A stretch of DNA of 64,000 bases. Source: an uncultured Methylomirabilota bacterium. GTDB lineage: Bacteria; Methylomirabilota; Methylomirabilia; Methylomirabilales; 2-02-FULL-66-22. The notes under the pieces are model-generated. The model saw nothing but the letters and a program-made list of their open reading frames with translations, was not told the origin of the DNA and did not search any database. The stretch spans positions 4,832,001-4,896,000 of the forward strand of contig OY970067.1 of NCBI GenBank assembly GCA_963705305.1, read 5' to 3'. The translations under genes were made by a program, and so were the position numbers. Below are positions 1-12,718 of this stretch, piece after piece. Within the stretch, counting starts at the first letter, position 1. Each line of letters starts with the position of its first letter.

Positions 1-130
1 CGCCCGCCCGGGCCTTCTGTCCCTTCTCGCCACGGGTCGAAGTCTGTCCATGGCCGGAGCCGGGTCCGCGACCCACCAGCTTGCGGCGCCGGCGGGACCC
101 CGCCGGCGGCTTCAATTCATGCAGTTTCAT
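1..130 (-). CDS. rplO: 50S ribosomal protein L15, 5' part (runs off window)
   Basis: Manual translation from ATG at 130: [43 protein letters not shown], a typical L15 N-terminus; ATGA overlap with L30 stop. Not in ORF track. Confidence 0.95.
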   Translation of the reverse strand, partial: MKLHELKPPAGSRRRRKLVGRGPGSGHGQTSTRGEKGQKARAG

Positions 131-327
131 CCCCGTCCATCTCCTGCCGCGGCCTCCACCTCGACGAGGTGGATGACCTTGGACACCATCCCGCGGATGG
201 CGGGCTCATCCGATCGGAGCACACTGGCGTTGATCCGGCGCAACCCCAGCCCCCGCAGCACCTGCCGCTGGCGGGGGGTCGAGCCGATGGGGCTGCGGCG
301 GAGCGTGATCCGCAGCATACCGCTCAT
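127..327 (-). CDS. rpmD: 50S ribosomal protein L30
   Basis: [11 protein letters not shown]...[10 protein letters not shown]...[12 protein letters not shown]; position between S5 and L15. Confidence 0.96.
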   Translation of the reverse strand: MSGMLRITLRRSPIGSTPRQRQVLRGLGLRRINASVLRSDEPAIRGMVSKVIHLVEVEAAAGDGRG

Positions 328-875
328 GCCCGGCCTCCCTCGGTGGCATCGACGGCCGGCACCCCGGTCGCGGCTGCCTCCGTGCCGCGGACCCGCGCGA
401 CATCGCCGACGGATCGCAGGTGTCGGAGCCCCTCCATCGTCGCCTTGACGACGTTATGGGGATTGTCCGATCCGAGGGATTTGGCGAGGATGTCCCGCAC
501 CCCGACCACCTCCAGGACCGCGCGCGCCGCGCCGCCCGCCACCAGTCCGGTACCCGTCGAGGCGGGCTTCAGCAGCACGCGTCCGGCGCCGAACACCCCC
601 AGCACCTCGTGGGGGATCGTGCTGTTGCGGAGCACCACCCGCACCAGGTGCTTCTTGGCCTCCTCGATCCCCTTCCGGATGGCCTCGGGCACCTCGTTGG
701 CCTTCCCCAGGCCCATGCCGACGTGCCCGTCCTGGTCCCCCACCACAACCAGGGCGCTGAAGCTGAACCGCCGCCCGCCCTTGACGACCTTGGCGACCCG
801 GTTGATGTGGACCACCCGCTCCACCAGGCGCAGCCCGTCGGGATTGATACGCTGGACCGTCCGTGGGGCACCCAT
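324..875 (-). CDS. rpsE: 30S ribosomal protein S5
   Basis: [24 protein letters not shown] motif. Confidence 0.98.
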   Translation of the reverse strand: MGAPRTVQRINPDGLRLVERVVHINRVAKVVKGGRRFSFSALVVVGDQDGHVGMGLGKANEVPEAIRKGIEEAKKHLVRVVLRNSTIPHEVLGVFGAGRVLLKPASTGTGLVAGGAARAVLEVVGVRDILAKSLGSDNPHNVVKATMEGLRHLRSVGDVARVRGTEAAATGVPAVDATEGGRA

Positions 876-1243
876 CAGAATTTCAACCCCCTATCTCGGG
901 CCGCGGCCGCCAGGGCGCTGATGCGTCCGTGAAACGGATATCCGCCCCGATCGAACACCACGGTCTGAATCTGCGCCGCCAGAGCCCGTTCCGCCACCAG
1001 GGCCCCCACGGCTTTGGCGGCCTCCGTCTTCTTCATCCGCTCGCCCGATGCGGCCAGCTCCTTGCTGCGCGTGGAGACGGCCAGGAGCGTCCGCCCCCCG
1101 TCGTCATCGATGAGCTGGGCGTAGATGTGTCGGAGGCTTCTGAAGACGCAGAGCCGGGGTCGCTCCGCCGTCCCCCGCACCACCCGACGCACCCGCCGAT
1201 GCCTGCGCGCCCGCGCCTCGCGTTTCTCTTGAACCCGTGTCAC
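875..1243 (-). CDS. rplR: 50S ribosomal protein L18
   Basis: [20 protein letters not shown]...[14 protein letters not shown]...GLKF. Confidence 0.98.
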   Translation of the reverse strand: MTRVQEKREARARRHRRVRRVVRGTAERPRLCVFRSLRHIYAQLIDDDGGRTLLAVSTRSKELAASGERMKKTEAAKAVGALVAERALAAQIQTVVFDRGGYPFHGRISALAAAARDRGLKF

Positions 1244-1294
1244 CTGCGCGTCCTCTTCCGATCGGATCCCGACGCACCCGCCGCCGCGGGAGGC

Positions 1295-1834
1295 TTACTT
1301 CGCCCCCGTCTTGCCGGCCTTGCGCCGGATCCGCTCGTCCACGTACTTGACGCCTTTGCCTTTGTACGGCTCCGGCGGCCGGAAGCTCCGGATCTTGGCC
1401 GCCACCGCACCCACCTGCTGCTTGTCGATCCCGCTGATCGTGATCTGCGTCTGGTCTTTGACCTCCACCCGGATCCCCTTGGGAATGGGAAAGAGGATCG
1501 GGTGGGAGAACCCCAGGGACAGGTTCAGGTTCTCCCCCAGCAGGGAGGCCCGGTAGCCGACCCCCACCAGCTCCAGGCGCCGCTCGAAGCCGTGCACCAC
1601 GCCGTGCACCATGTTGAAGATCAGGCTGCGGGTCAGGCCGTGCAGCGCCTTGTGGAACTTCTCATCCGACGGCCGCGCGCACAGAATCCGACCATCCTTG
1701 ACCTGCACCTGCATCTTGGGATGCACCTCCAGGCGCAGACTGCCCTTCGGCCCGTGCACCGCGACGGTGCGGTCGTTCACCTCCACCTTCACGGAACTCG
1801 GAATGGGGATGGGAAGCTTACCGATGCGTGACAT
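1295..1834 (-). CDS. rplF: 50S ribosomal protein L6
   Basis: MSRIGKLPI start at ATG 1834; RPPEPYKGKGVKY. Confidence 0.98.
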   Translation of the reverse strand: MSRIGKLPIPIPSSVKVEVNDRTVAVHGPKGSLRLEVHPKMQVQVKDGRILCARPSDEKFHKALHGLTRSLIFNMVHGVVHGFERRLELVGVGYRASLLGENLNLSLGFSHPILFPIPKGIRVEVKDQTQITISGIDKQQVGAVAAKIRSFRPPEPYKGKGVKYVDERIRRKAGKTGAK

Positions 1835-1915
1835 ACCCTTTGCGCTCCCGAGCGTCAGAACCCCCGACGCGTCCGCCCCGGACGGACGCCCGCTCTGTCG
1901 GGGTTCCGCCACCAG

Positions 1916-2314
1916 CTACCAGACGTAACACAATACCTCGCCGCCCAGCGACCGCTCGCGCGCCGCCTTGCCGGTCATGACCCCCTGCGAGGTGGTCATG
2001 ATCGACACCCCCATGCCGCCGTACACCGTGGAGATCTGGGAGGCCTTGCGGTACACGCGCAACCCCGGGCGGCTGGCTCGCCGGATGCCCTGAATGACCC
2101 GCTCGTTGCCCGGGCCGAACTTGAGGTAGATCCGGAGGATGCCCTGCTTCTTGTCATCCAAGAGCCGGTAGGCCCGGATGAACCCCTCCGCCTTGAGGAC
2201 CTTGGCCAGCTCCACCTTCAGGCGGGAGGCCGGAATATCCACGCGCTCCAGCAGACCTTGGTTGGCATTCCGGACCCGCGTCAACATGTCCGCGATCGGA
2301 TCGGTCATTGACAT
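1916..2314 (-). CDS. rpsH: 30S ribosomal protein S8
   Basis: MSMTDPIADMLTRVRN...GGEVLCYVW. Confidence 0.98.
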   Translation of the reverse strand: MSMTDPIADMLTRVRNANQGLLERVDIPASRLKVELAKVLKAEGFIRAYRLLDDKKQGILRIYLKFGPGNERVIQGIRRASRPGLRVYRKASQISTVYGGMGVSIMTTSQGVMTGKAARERSLGGEVLCYVW

Positions 2315-2369
2315 TCGCCACTCCAGCGCTCGCAAAAAAGGCCCGCCGCTTCCCGGGCCCCGGCCGGGA

Positions 2370-2555
2370 CTACCACGACGCCTTGATGACTCCCGGAATC
2401 TCGCCGCGCAGCGCCAGCGCGCGGAAGCAGACGCGGCACATCTGGAACTTCCGCATGTAGCCGCGGGGCCGCCCGCAGATCCGGCACCGGTGATACCTGC
2501 GGACTCCGAAGCGCGGGGCCCGCTGCTGCTTCTGGATCAGGCACGTCTTGGCCAT
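2370..2555 (-). CDS. rpsN: 30S ribosomal protein S14, short zinc-binding (type Z) form
   Basis: 61 aa, [10 protein letters not shown]...CRVCFR...[11 protein letters not shown]. Confidence 0.97.
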   Translation of the reverse strand: MAKTCLIQKQQRAPRFGVRRYHRCRICGRPRGYMRKFQMCRVCFRALALRGEIPGVIKASW

Positions 2556-2567
2556 GGTCTCTCCCGC

Positions 2568-3221
2568 TCACTTGCGGAATGGGAAGCCGAAGAGGCCCAG
2601 CAGGGCCCGCGCCTCCTCATCCGTCCTGGCCGAGGTCTCCACGCACACATCCATGCCTCGGGTCATGTCCACCTTGTCGTAGCGGATCTCCGGGAAGATG
2701 AGCTGCTCCCGGATCCCCAGGGCGTAGTTGCCGCGGCCGTCGAAGGACTTGCTCGGGACGCCCCGGAAGTCCCGGATGCGGGGCAGGGCCACGGAGAGCA
2801 GACGGTCCAGGAACTCGTACATCCGCTCCCCTCGCAGAGTCACCTTGCACCCGATGGGCATGCCGGCCCGCAGCTTGAATGCCGCCTCCGATTTCTTGGC
2901 GCGCGTGACGACGGGCTTCTGCCCGGTGATCAGCGCCAACTCGCCGACCGCGGCATCGATCACCTTGACGTTGCCGACCGCCTCCCCCAGCCCCATGTTG
3001 ACGACGATCTTGGTGATCTGGGGGACCTGCATGGGATTGGTATAATTGAACTGCTTCATCAGGGCCGGGGCGATCTCCGTCCGGAACCGCTCCCGGAGTC
3101 GCGCCGGGACACGCGGGAGGCTGGGGGCGGCCGCCGCCTCGCCCTTTCCCTTGGCCGCCTTCTCCCCCCGCTCCGCCTTGCCGCCCGCGGCGCGGGTCTT
3201 GCGCTCCGCCTTATCCGCCAT
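2568..3221 (-). CDS. rplE: 50S ribosomal protein L5 with K/A/E-rich N-terminal extension
   Basis: [11 protein letters not shown]...[10 protein letters not shown]...FDGRGNY. Confidence 0.98.
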   Translation of the reverse strand: MADKAERKTRAAGGKAERGEKAAKGKGEAAAAPSLPRVPARLRERFRTEIAPALMKQFNYTNPMQVPQITKIVVNMGLGEAVGNVKVIDAAVGELALITGQKPVVTRAKKSEAAFKLRAGMPIGCKVTLRGERMYEFLDRLLSVALPRIRDFRGVPSKSFDGRGNYALGIREQLIFPEIRYDKVDMTRGMDVCVETSARTDEEARALLGLFGFPFRK

Positions 3222-3224
3222 GGC

Positions 3225-3554
3225 TCATTCCATCGTCTCGCCGCACTCGCGGCACACGCGGATCGTGCGCCCGTCCGCCAGCTGGCTCCGCCCCATCCGG
3301 ACCGGACGATCGCACTTGCCGCACACCAACTGCACATTGGATACGTGGAGCGGGTTCTCGCGCTCCAGGATCCCGCCCTGCTGCCCAAGCCGCCCGGGCT
3401 TGGCATGGCGCTTCACGAAGTTGATCTTCTCCACCAGGACTTTGTCCAGCTTGGGCAGGACCTTCAGCACCTTGCCCCGCTTGCCCTTGTCCTTCCCGGC
3501 GATCACTTCGACCAGGTCGTTCTTGTGGACTACCAGCCGATGTCCGACACCCAT
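3225..3554 (-). CDS. rplX: 50S ribosomal protein L24
   Basis: KOW motif VEVIAGKDKGKRGKV; PLHVSNV. Confidence 0.97.
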   Translation of the reverse strand: MGVGHRLVVHKNDLVEVIAGKDKGKRGKVLKVLPKLDKVLVEKINFVKRHAKPGRLGQQGGILERENPLHVSNVQLVCGKCDRPVRMGRSQLADGRTIRVCRECGETME

Positions 3555-3584
3555 GGCGCCACCCCGTGCGCAGCTCCGGAATCC

Positions 3585-3953
3585 CTAGATCACTTCCGGG
3601 GCCAGCGAGATGATCTTCATGAATCGAGCCTCGCGCAGCTCGCGGGCCACCGGTCCGAAGATGCGGGTCCCGACCGGATCGTTGTGTTCGTCGATGAGCA
3701 CCGCGGCGTTTCGGTCGAACTTGATGTAGCTGCCGTCCGGCCTCCGCTTCTCCTTCACCGTCCGGACCACCACCGCCCGGACGACGCTGCCCTTCTTGAC
3801 CGAGCCCTCGGGGACCGCCTCTTTGACGTTGGCGATGATGACGTCCCCCAGCCGGGCATACCGCTTCGCCGACCCCCCCAGAACCTTGATCAGGGAGATG
3901 CGCTTCGCCCCGGAGTTGTCTGCGACATCCAGGATCGTTCGGAGGCCGATCAT
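3585..3953 (-). CDS. rplN: 50S ribosomal protein L14
   Basis: VADNSGAK...[13 protein letters not shown]...SLAPEV. Confidence 0.98.
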   Translation of the reverse strand: MIGLRTILDVADNSGAKRISLIKVLGGSAKRYARLGDVIIANVKEAVPEGSVKKGSVVRAVVVRTVKEKRRPDGSYIKFDRNAAVLIDEHNDPVGTRIFGPVARELREARFMKIISLAPEVI

Positions 3954-3995
3954 GGCTCTTCCCCGTTCTCCATCCCCGGCAACCCGCGCGGCCGA

Positions 3996-4256
3996 CTAGA
4001 CCGCCTTGTCCAGCACCTCGACCACGCGCCACCGCTTGTCCTTGGACAGCGGCCGGGTCTCCATCACCCGCACCCTGTCCCCCACCCGGCATGTATTGGC
4101 CTCGTCGTGGGCCTTCACCCGGGTCTTCCGCCTGACCATCCGGGAAAAGCTCTGATGGGAGACCAGACGGGCGATCTCCACGACGACGGTCTTCTGCATC
4201 TTGTCGCTGACCACGATTCCGACTGCGGTCTGGCGCTGGCTGCGCTCCTCCGCCAT
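3996..4256 (-). CDS. rpsQ: 30S ribosomal protein S17
   Basis: [14 protein letters not shown]...[11 protein letters not shown]. Confidence 0.98.
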   Translation of the reverse strand: MAEERSQRQTAVGIVVSDKMQKTVVVEIARLVSHQSFSRMVRRKTRVKAHDEANTCRVGDRVRVMETRPLSKDKRWRVVEVLDKAV

Positions 4257-4257
4257 G

Positions 4258-4467
4258 CTAGGCCTCCCTTTGGGTCGCCCGGCTCGCCGCGGCGCGCTGG
4301 GCGGTCCGCGCCCGGGCGATGTCGCGGCGGAGCTCCCGGATCCGCATAGGGTTCTCGACCTGGGAGGAGGCTTGCCGCAGGCGCAGCTTGAACAGCTCCT
4401 CCTGGAGGGCGGCGACCTTCTGGTGCAGCTCCTCTCCCGTCAGATCGACCAGCTCCCTGTACTTCAT
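4258..4467 (-). CDS. rpmC: 50S ribosomal protein L29
   Basis: ELFKLRL...[15 protein letters not shown]; position between L16 and S17. Confidence 0.96.
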   Translation of the reverse strand: MKYRELVDLTGEELHQKVAALQEELFKLRLRQASSQVENPMRIRELRRDIARARTAQRAAASRATQREA

Positions 4468-4889
4468 TGGGCGACCCCCGTGCTCTTCCGCGAGACAAAG
4501 CGCGTCGCGATCGGCAGCTTCATGGCGGCCAGGCGCATCGCCTCTTTGGCATCCGGCTCCGAGATGCCCTCCATCTCGTAGAGAATCCGGCCGGGCTTGA
4601 CTACCGCCACCCAGCCTTCGGGAGCCCCCTTGCCCTTGCCCATGCGGGTCTCCGCCGGCTTGGACGTGATCGGCTTATCCGGAAAGATGCGGATCCACAC
4701 CTTCCCGCCACGCTTGACGTAGCGGGTCATGGCCCGCCGCGCCGCCTCGATCTGCCGGTTGCTGATCCAGGCGGCCTCCATCGCCTTCAGGCCGTATTCG
4801 CCGAACGCCAGCGCGCTTCCCCGCGTGGCGATTCCCGCCCGCCGCCCGCGCTGTTGCTTGCGAAACTTCACCCGCTTTGGAACCATCAT
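4464..4889 (-). CDS. rplP: 50S ribosomal protein L16
   Basis: [13 protein letters not shown]...WIRIFPDKP...RMGKGKG. Confidence 0.98.
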   Translation of the reverse strand: MMVPKRVKFRKQQRGRRAGIATRGSALAFGEYGLKAMEAAWISNRQIEAARRAMTRYVKRGGKVWIRIFPDKPITSKPAETRMGKGKGAPEGWVAVVKPGRILYEMEGISEPDAKEAMRLAAMKLPIATRFVSRKSTGVAQ

Positions 4890-4911
4890 GGCGAGATCCT
4901 CTCCCCGCGGC

Positions 4912-5646
4912 CTAGAACCGGGGCGGCGGGGCGCCCGGCCCGCGCCGTCGCCGGGTGCGATCCTGGGGGGTCCGCGTGTCGCGCAGCCGCTCCGGCGGCT
5001 TGCTCTCCACCCCCAGGGTCTCTGGGAGCACTTCGCCGTGGAATACCCAGGCCTTCACCCCGATGGCGCCGTAGGTCGTCTTGGCGGTGGCGAGGCCGAA
5101 GTCGATGTCCGCCCGCAGGGTATGCAGGGGGACGCGGCCCTCGCGGTACCATTCCGAGCGGGCGATCTCGGCCCCCGCCAGCCGTCCGGCGCACGCCACC
5201 TTCACCCCCTGCGCCCCCAGGCGCAGGGCCGACTGGACCGCCTTCTTCATGGCCCGGCGGAAGGCCACCCGCCGCTCCAGCTGCTGGGCGATCTGCTCCG
5301 CCACCAGCTGCGCGTCCGTCTCCGGCTTGCGCACCTCCTCGATGTCCAGCCGGACTTCCTTCTGGGTCATCCGCCCCAGCTCCCCCCGCAGCTTCTCGAC
5401 CTCCGACCCCTTCTTCCCGATGATGATCCCGGGGCGGGCGGTGTGGATGATGATCCGCATCTGATCCGCCTTCCGCTCGATCTCGATGCGCGACACCCCC
5501 GAGTGGAACAGACGCTCTTTGATGTAGCGGCGCAGCCGCAGGTCCTCATGGAGCACCTGAGCGAAGTTCCGGCCCGCGTACCAGCGGGAGCGCCACGTCT
5601 TGACGATGCCCAATCGGAAACCCAGGGGGTGTGTCTTCTGTCCCAC
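4912..5646 (-). CDS. rpsC: 30S ribosomal protein S3
   Basis: GTG start at 5646 after [19 protein letters not shown]...[13 protein letters not shown]. The ORF track fuses it to the frameshifted L22. Confidence 0.97.
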   Translation of the reverse strand: MGQKTHPLGFRLGIVKTWRSRWYAGRNFAQVLHEDLRLRRYIKERLFHSGVSRIEIERKADQMRIIIHTARPGIIIGKKGSEVEKLRGELGRMTQKEVRLDIEEVRKPETDAQLVAEQIAQQLERRVAFRRAMKKAVQSALRLGAQGVKVACAGRLAGAEIARSEWYREGRVPLHTLRADIDFGLATAKTTYGAIGVKAWVFHGEVLPETLGVESKPPERLRDTRTPQDRTRRRRGPGAPPPRF

Positions 5647-5696
5647 GCCCGACCTCCTCGCCCCGCATACCTCGTGCGGCGGCCGCCGACGGCACG

Positions 5697-6045
5697 CTAC
5701 CGCGTGTCCCGCTCCCGCAAGACGATAGTGATGTGGCTGCTGCGCTTCCGGACACGGTACGCGCGCCCCATGGCCCGCGGCTGAATGCGCTTGACCGTCG
5801 GCCCCTCGTCCACGAACGCCTGCGCGACCACCAGCCGGTCGAACGTCCCGCACCCCGTGATTCTGCGTGGCGTTGGCCATGGCGGAGCGCAGCACCTTTT
5901 CCACGATGCGCGCCGCCTGCCGCCGGGTCAGCTGCACCTGCACTAGGGCGCTGTTCACGTCCTTGCCCCGGATCAGATCCGCCACCAGCCGAGCCTTCTG
6001 GGCCGGCACCTGTACGAACCGCGCAACTGCTCTGGCTTCTGCCAT
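5697..6045 (-). CDS. rplV: 50S ribosomal protein L22, +1 frameshift at about 5842 (probable sequence error)
   Basis: [12 protein letters not shown]...SAMANA in one frame; [42 protein letters not shown] in the next; 349 nt = 3n+1. Confidence 0.93.
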
Positions 6046-6117
6046 GTCTGGACCCCGATCGCGACCCCGCCGTCCCGCGGGGATGATCGTCCCGTCAACG
6101 CCCCGGCGTCACTCGCC

Positions 6118-6402
6118 CTACTTGGGGGTCGTCGCCTTGGCGCTGTGGGCGCTGTGCCCACGAAACGTGCGGGTGGGGGAGAACTCGCCCAGCTTGTGGC
6201 CGACCATGTTCTCCGTGATGTACACCGGGATGAACTTCTTCCCGTTGTGGATCGCCAGCGTGTGCCCGATGAATTCCGGCACGATGGTGGAGCGGCGGGA
6301 CCAGGTCTTCAAGACCTTCTTCTCCCGCGCCCGATTCATGGCCTCGATCCGCTGCAACAGTCTGGCCTCGACGTAGGGCCCTTTTCTCAACGATCGCGAC
6401 AC
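6118..6402 (-). CDS. rpsS: 30S ribosomal protein S19
   Basis: RSLRKGPYV...KTWSRRS...[13 protein letters not shown]. Confidence 0.98.
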   Translation of the reverse strand: MSRSLRKGPYVEARLLQRIEAMNRAREKKVLKTWSRRSTIVPEFIGHTLAIHNGKKFIPVYITENMVGHKLGEFSPTRTFRGHSAHSAKATTPK

Positions 6403-6450
6403 GCTGCCTCCGCACGGCAGGCACAGCCCGGGGGCCGGCGCCTGGAAGAT

Positions 6451-7269
6451 CTACTTGCGTCGCTTGACGATGTACCGGTCGGATGCCTTCCCCTGCTGTC
6501 GGGTCTTCCCCTCCCGCTTCCCCCACGGGCTGCAGGGATGCCGCCCGCCCGAGCTCTTGCCCTCGCCGCCGCCCAGGGGATGGTCATGAGGGTTCATCGC
6601 CACGCCCCGCACCGACGGGCGGATTCCCAGCCAGCGCGAGCGCCCCGCCTTCCCCAGGGAGACATTCTCGTGCTCCAGGTTCCCCACCTGACCCACGGTG
6701 GCCATGCAGGCCAGCCGCACCCGCCGCATCTCGCCCGAGGGCAGCCGCAGCAAGCCGTAGTCCCCCTCTTTGGCCACGAACTGGGCCGTCGCTCCCGCCG
6801 TCCGCACTAGGCGAGCCCCCTGGCCCGGCTGCAGCTCGACATTGTGCACGTTCACCCCCACGGGGATGTTGCGCAACGGCAGCGCGTTGCCCAGCCGCAC
6901 CTCCGCCTCGGGGCCTGACATCACCCGATCCCCGACGGTGAGCCCCAGCGGGGCCAGGATGTAGCGCTTCTCCCCGTCGGCATAGTGCAGCAGGGCGATC
7001 CGCGCGGACCGGTTGGGATCGTACTCGATGGCGGCGACGCGGGCCGGGATCCCCTGCTTGTCCCGCCGGAAGTCGATGAGGCGGTACATGCGCTTGTGGG
7101 CGCCTCCCTGGTGGCGGCAGGTCACGCGCCCCAGGGCGTTCCGCCCCCCGCGCCCGCGCTGCGGGATCAGCAGGGATTTCTCCGGAGTCCGCTTGGTGAC
7201 CTCGCCGAAATCCGAGACGCTCTGAAAACGGCGCCCGGGGGAGGTCGGTCGGTATTTTCGCACAGGCAT
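6451..7269 (-). CDS. rplB: 50S ribosomal protein L2
   Basis: YRPTSPGRR...[13 protein letters not shown]...[17 protein letters not shown]; start could also be 7275. Confidence 0.98.
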   Translation of the reverse strand: MPVRKYRPTSPGRRFQSVSDFGEVTKRTPEKSLLIPQRGRGGRNALGRVTCRHQGGAHKRMYRLIDFRRDKQGIPARVAAIEYDPNRSARIALLHYADGEKRYILAPLGLTVGDRVMSGPEAEVRLGNALPLRNIPVGVNVHNVELQPGQGARLVRTAGATAQFVAKEGDYGLLRLPSGEMRRVRLACMATVGQVGNLEHENVSLGKAGRSRWLGIRPSVRGVAMNPHDHPLGGGEGKSSGGRHPCSPWGKREGKTRQQGKASDRYIVKRRK

Positions 7270-7300
7270 GGCCATGTCCTCGCGTGCGGCACGCGGCCCG

Positions 7301-7591
7301 TTACACGCCCTCGTACAACTCGATGGACTCCCCGGTCTTGAGGGTGGCAACCGCCTTCTTCCAGTCGGCCCGCCGGCCCTGGAAGCGCCCCAGGCGCTTG
7401 ACCTTCCCCCGCACCCGGAGCGTTCGGACGTCTAGGACGGTCACCTTGAACAGCTGTTCGATCGCCCGCTTAATCTCGACCTTGGTGGCCGTCCGGGCCA
7501 CCTTGAAGACGTACTGATTCCCCTCGTCCTTCAGGCGCGTCCCCTTTTCGGTCAGAAGCGGCCGCAGCACGACCTCATACGGTCCCTTCAT
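7301..7591 (-). CDS. rplW: 50S ribosomal protein L23
   Basis: RPLLTEK...[16 protein letters not shown]...WKKAVATL. Confidence 0.97.
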   Translation of the reverse strand: MKGPYEVVLRPLLTEKGTRLKDEGNQYVFKVARTATKVEIKRAIEQLFKVTVLDVRTLRVRGKVKRLGRFQGRRADWKKAVATLKTGESIELYEGV

Positions 7592-8217
7592 GGCGCCAGC
7601 ACCTCACGCAGCGTGTGCACCCCCTCCGGGGTCAGCACCAGAATGTCGGCCCGGAGGACGTCGTACACGTTGAGGCCCCGAACGGTCAGGACCCGGACCT
7701 CCGGCAGATTGCGCACCGACTTCTCCACCACCTCGTCCCGGGCCGGCAGCACCACCAGGGCCTTGCCGCGAGCCCCGACCCCCCGCAGCAGCCCGAGGAA
7801 GGTCTTGGTGCTGGGCTTTTCCAGGCTGAGCGATTCCAGCAGCCGCACCGCGCCGGCCTGGGCCTTGGCCGTCAGGGCGCCGCACAGCGCCTGTCGCCGG
7901 ATCGTCTTGGAGACCTGAAAGCTGTAGCTTCGCGGATGCGGCCCGAAGATCGTCCCACCGTGGCGCCACAGCCCAGATCGGCTGCTGCCCGAGCGGGCCC
8001 GGCCGGTGCCCTTTTGCTTCCAGGGCTTCTTGCCGCCGCCGGACACGTCGCTCCGCCCCTTGGTGTCCGCCGTCCCCTGGCGCCGATTGGCCAACTGCAT
8101 GCGCACCACCTCGTGCAGCAGGTGCGGCTTCACCGGGGCGGCGAAAATCCCCTCGGGCAAGTCGATCTGATCCACCTTCTCGTTTTTCGCGTTGACCACG
8201 TCCACCGTTGTCGCCAT
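7588..8217 (-). CDS. rplD: 50S ribosomal protein L4
   Basis: RQGTADTKGRSDVSGGGKKPWKQKGTGRAR. Confidence 0.98.
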   Translation of the reverse strand: MATTVDVVNAKNEKVDQIDLPEGIFAAPVKPHLLHEVVRMQLANRRQGTADTKGRSDVSGGGKKPWKQKGTGRARSGSSRSGLWRHGGTIFGPHPRSYSFQVSKTIRRQALCGALTAKAQAGAVRLLESLSLEKPSTKTFLGLLRGVGARGKALVVLPARDEVVEKSVRNLPEVRVLTVRGLNVYDVLRADILVLTPEGVHTLREVLAP

Positions 8218-8232
8218 GGATCTGCCCCGGTC

Positions 8233-8862
8233 TCACTTCCCTTTCTGGATGGTCAGCAGTCCGCCGCTGGGCCCGGGCACGGCCCCCTGCACCAGCAGGA
8301 GGTTCTTCTCCGGGTCGACCGAGACCACCCGGAGGCCGCGTACGGTGCAGCGGTCGGCCCCCATGTGCCCCGGCAGGTGGTGCCCGCGGAAGACGCGGGA
8401 GGGGTACGACGAGGCGCCAATGGAGCCCGGCGCCCGATGGAACATGGCCCCGTGGGTCATGGGGCCGCCGCGGTAGTTCCACCGCTTCACCCCGCCCTGG
8501 AAGCCGCGTCCCTTGGTAACGCCCGTCACCCGCACCCGCTCGCCGGCCGTGAACAGGCTCACGGTCAATACCTGGCCGACCTGGAACTCGCCTTCACCCC
8601 CGCGAAGGCGGATCTCCTGCAGGTGGCGCTGGTAGGGGATCTTGGCCTTGTCGAAATGCCCCTGCAGCGGCCGGGTCACCCGGCTCCGCTTCGGCTCCGT
8701 CTGGAAGCCGACCTGGATGGCCTCGTAGCCGTCCCTCTCCACGGTCTTTCGCTGCACGACCGGACATGGACCGGCCTCGATGACGGTGACCGGCACGGAC
8801 TTGCCGCGCTCGTCGAAGACCTGCGTCATTCCCACCTTGCGACCCACCAGCCCGATTGCCAT
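8233..8862 (-). CDS. rplC: 50S ribosomal protein L3
   Basis: GRKVGMTQVF...KGRGFQGGVKR...RAPGSIG. Confidence 0.98.
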   Translation of the reverse strand: MAIGLVGRKVGMTQVFDERGKSVPVTVIEAGPCPVVQRKTVERDGYEAIQVGFQTEPKRSRVTRPLQGHFDKAKIPYQRHLQEIRLRGGEGEFQVGQVLTVSLFTAGERVRVTGVTKGRGFQGGVKRWNYRGGPMTHGAMFHRAPGSIGASSYPSRVFRGHHLPGHMGADRCTVRGLRVVSVDPEKNLLLVQGAVPGPSGGLLTIQKGK

Positions 8863-8935
8863 CGCTCCACGCGCCCCGCGTCCGGCCTCGGCTGCCGGCC
8901 CCGCCCCCCTGGACGGCGGCCCCCGAGAGCCCGGC

Positions 8936-9244
8936 CTAGAGTTTGATCTCCACGTCCACCCCGGCCGGCAGGTCCAGCCGCATCAGCTGGTCCACCGTCT
9001 GCGGCGTGGGCTGCACGATGTCCATCATCCGCACGTGGGTCCGGATCTCGAACTGCTCCCGGGACTTCTTGTCGACGTGCGGCGAGCGGAGCACCGTGTA
9101 CCGGCTGATCTTCGTGGGCAGGGGAATGGGCCCCGAGATCAACGCCCCGGAGCGTTGCACCGTCCCCACGATGTCCTTGACCGCCTGATCCAGCAGGCGG
9201 TGATCGTACCCTTTGAGCTTGATGCGAATCTTCTGGTTATCCAT
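8936..9244 (-). CDS. rpsJ: 30S ribosomal protein S10
   Basis: [15 protein letters not shown]...[15 protein letters not shown]. Confidence 0.98.
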   Translation of the reverse strand: MDNQKIRIKLKGYDHRLLDQAVKDIVGTVQRSGALISGPIPLPTKISRYTVLRSPHVDKKSREQFEIRTHVRMMDIVQPTPQTVDQLMRLDLPAGVDVEIKL

Positions 9245-9306
9245 TACGGTACCCGGCACCCAGTCTGTGTGTGGACCCCCGCGGGGGCAGCCATGTTCCC
9301 GACCAC

Positions 9307-10509
<1,203 letters not shown>

Positions 10510-10597
10510 GTACGTGTCCCCCTGCGGGGCCTCCCTCCTGAGGCGCCCTGGCTGCCGTCGTCCGCTCTCCGCCCTGCTGGCCGCGTGCCGCGGGCCG

Positions 10598-12688
10598 CTA
10601 GGCCTCCGCGCGCATGCCGACCTTGGCGATGATCTCCTCGGCGATCTGGGTCGGGACGGGCTGATATCGGGCAAACTGGAACGGCGTATGGCTGCCGCGC
10701 CCCTGGGTCGCCGACCGGAGGTCGGTGGCGTACCCGAACAGCTCGGCCAGCGGCACCTCGGTCCGGACGACCTGCACGGCCGGCCGCGCCTCGATTTCCA
10801 GCACCCGGCCCCGCCGCGAGTTCAGGTCGCCGATCACCTGTCCAACGAACTCCTCCGGGGCGATAACGTCGAAGCGCATGACGGGCTCCAGCAGAATCGC
10901 CTTGGCTCGCCGCGCCCCATCCTTGAAGGCCATGGATCCCGCGATCTTGAAGGCCATCTCCGACGAGTCCACCTCGTGGTAGGAGCCGTCCTCCAGGATC
11001 ACCCGCGCGTCCACCATCGGGTAGCCGGCCAGGACCCCTCCCTCCAGGGCCTCGCGCACGCCCTTCTCCACCGCCGGGATGTACTCTTTGGGGATCGTCC
11101 CGCCCACGATCTTGTTGACGAATTCGAAGCCGCCAGCCGGCAGCGGCTCGATCCGGATCTTCACGTGGCCGTACTGCCCCCGTCCCCCGGTCTGGCGGAT
11201 GAAGCGCCCCTCGGCCGGCACGGAGGCGGTCACCGTCTCGCGATACGCCACCTGGGGCTTCCCCACGTTGGCCTCGACCCGGAACTCCCGCAGGAGGCGA
11301 TCCACGATGATCTCCAGATGCAGCTCCCCCATGCCGGAGATGATGGTCTGGCCGGTCTCCTCGTCCGAGGCGGTGTGGAAGGTCGGGTCCTCGTTGGCCA
11401 GGGCGGCCAGGGCCAAGGACAGCCGCTCCTGTCCCTCTTTGGTCTTGGGCTCAATGGCCACGGAGATCACCGGCTCCGGGAACTCGATGGCCTCCAGGAC
11501 GATGGGGCGGCTCTCCAGGCACAGCGTATCGCCCGTCTTGGCGTTGCGCAGCCCGACCGCCGCCGCGATGTCCCCGGCCCCCACCTGCTTGATCTCCTGC
11601 CGCTTGTTGGCGTGCATGCGCAGGAGCCGTCCCACCCGCTCTTTGGTCCCCCGGGTGGAGTTGTAGACGTAGGAGCCGCCATCCAGAACGCCCGAGTAGG
11701 CCCGGAAAAAGGCCAGCTGTCCGACGTACGGGTCGGCCATGATCTTGAACACCAGCGCCGAGAAGGCCTCGGTCTGGCTGGCCTGGCGGCGCTCCATCGC
11801 CCCGGTCTTGGGATTCTTGCCCTCCACCGGCGGCAGATCCTGGGGGGACGGCAGGTAGGCCACCACTGCATCCAGGAGGGGTTGAACCCCCTTGTTCCTG
11901 AACGAGGAGCCGCACAGGACCGGCACCACCTTGAGCGCCAGGGTCGCCCGGCGCAGGGCCCCCTGGATCTCCTCGGGGGTGAGGGTCTCCCCCTCCAGGT
12001 ACTTGTGCATGAGCTGCTCGTCCTGATCGGCCACCGCCTCCAGCAGTTGCTCGCGCGCCTTCCGGGCGGCGTCGCGCAGGGCGGGAGGGATCTCCTCGTC
12101 GTGGAAGGCGGCCCCCAGGGTCTCTTCCTCCCAGACCACGGCCTTCATCCGGATGACGTCGATGATCCCCTGGAATTTGTCTTCTTTTCCATAGGGCAGC
12201 TGGACGCAGATGGGATTCGCCCCCAGGCGCTCGGTGATCATGGACACCGCCCGGTCGAAATCCGCCCCCGTCCGATCCATCTTGTTGACGAGGGCCAGCC
12301 GGGGCACCCGGTACTTGTCCGCCTGTCGCCACACGGTCTCGGACTGGGGCTCCACACCGGCCACGGCGTCGAAGATGGCAATCGCGCCGTCCAGGACCCG
12401 CAGCGACCGCTCCACCTCCACGGTGAAGTCGACGTGGCCGGGCGTGTCGATGATGTTGATCTGGTGGTCGGCCCAGAAGCAGGTGGTGGCGGCGGAGGTG
12501 ATGGTAATCCCCCGCTCCTTCTCCTGCTCCATCCAATCCATTTCGGTCGAACCCTCGTCCACCTCGCCGATCTTGTGCGTCTTGCCCGTGTAGTACAAGA
12601 TCCGCTCGGTGGTCGTCGTCTTGCCGGCATCAATGTGGGCCATGATGCCGATATTGCGGGTTCGCTCCAATAAAAACGTCTCAGCCAT
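10598..12688 (-). CDS. fusA: Elongation factor G
   Basis: [29 protein letters not shown]. Confidence 0.99.
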   Translation of the reverse strand: MAETFLLERTRNIGIMAHIDAGKTTTTERILYYTGKTHKIGEVDEGSTEMDWMEQEKERGITITSAATTCFWADHQINIIDTPGHVDFTVEVERSLRVLDGAIAIFDAVAGVEPQSETVWRQADKYRVPRLALVNKMDRTGADFDRAVSMITERLGANPICVQLPYGKEDKFQGIIDVIRMKAVVWEEETLGAAFHDEEIPPALRDAARKAREQLLEAVADQDEQLMHKYLEGETLTPEEIQGALRRATLALKVVPVLCGSSFRNKGVQPLLDAVVAYLPSPQDLPPVEGKNPKTGAMERRQASQTEAFSALVFKIMADPYVGQLAFFRAYSGVLDGGSYVYNSTRGTKERVGRLLRMHANKRQEIKQVGAGDIAAAVGLRNAKTGDTLCLESRPIVLEAIEFPEPVISVAIEPKTKEGQERLSLALAALANEDPTFHTASDEETGQTIISGMGELHLEIIVDRLLREFRVEANVGKPQVAYRETVTASVPAEGRFIRQTGGRGQYGHVKIRIEPLPAGGFEFVNKIVGGTIPKEYIPAVEKGVREALEGGVLAGYPMVDARVILEDGSYHEVDSSEMAFKIAGSMAFKDGARRAKAILLEPVMRFDVIAPEEFVGQVIGDLNSRRGRVLEIEARPAVQVVRTEVPLAELFGYATDLRSATQGRGSHTPFQFARYQPVPTQIAEEIIAKVGMRAEA

Positions 12689-12718
12689 TGCCGTCCTGCA
12701 GTCCCGGGCCGGGGTCCG

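Noticed and set aside
4912..6045. 377-aa L22-S3 fusion protein
   Set aside because: Produced by a single extra base; both genes are complete separately and S3 has its own RBS
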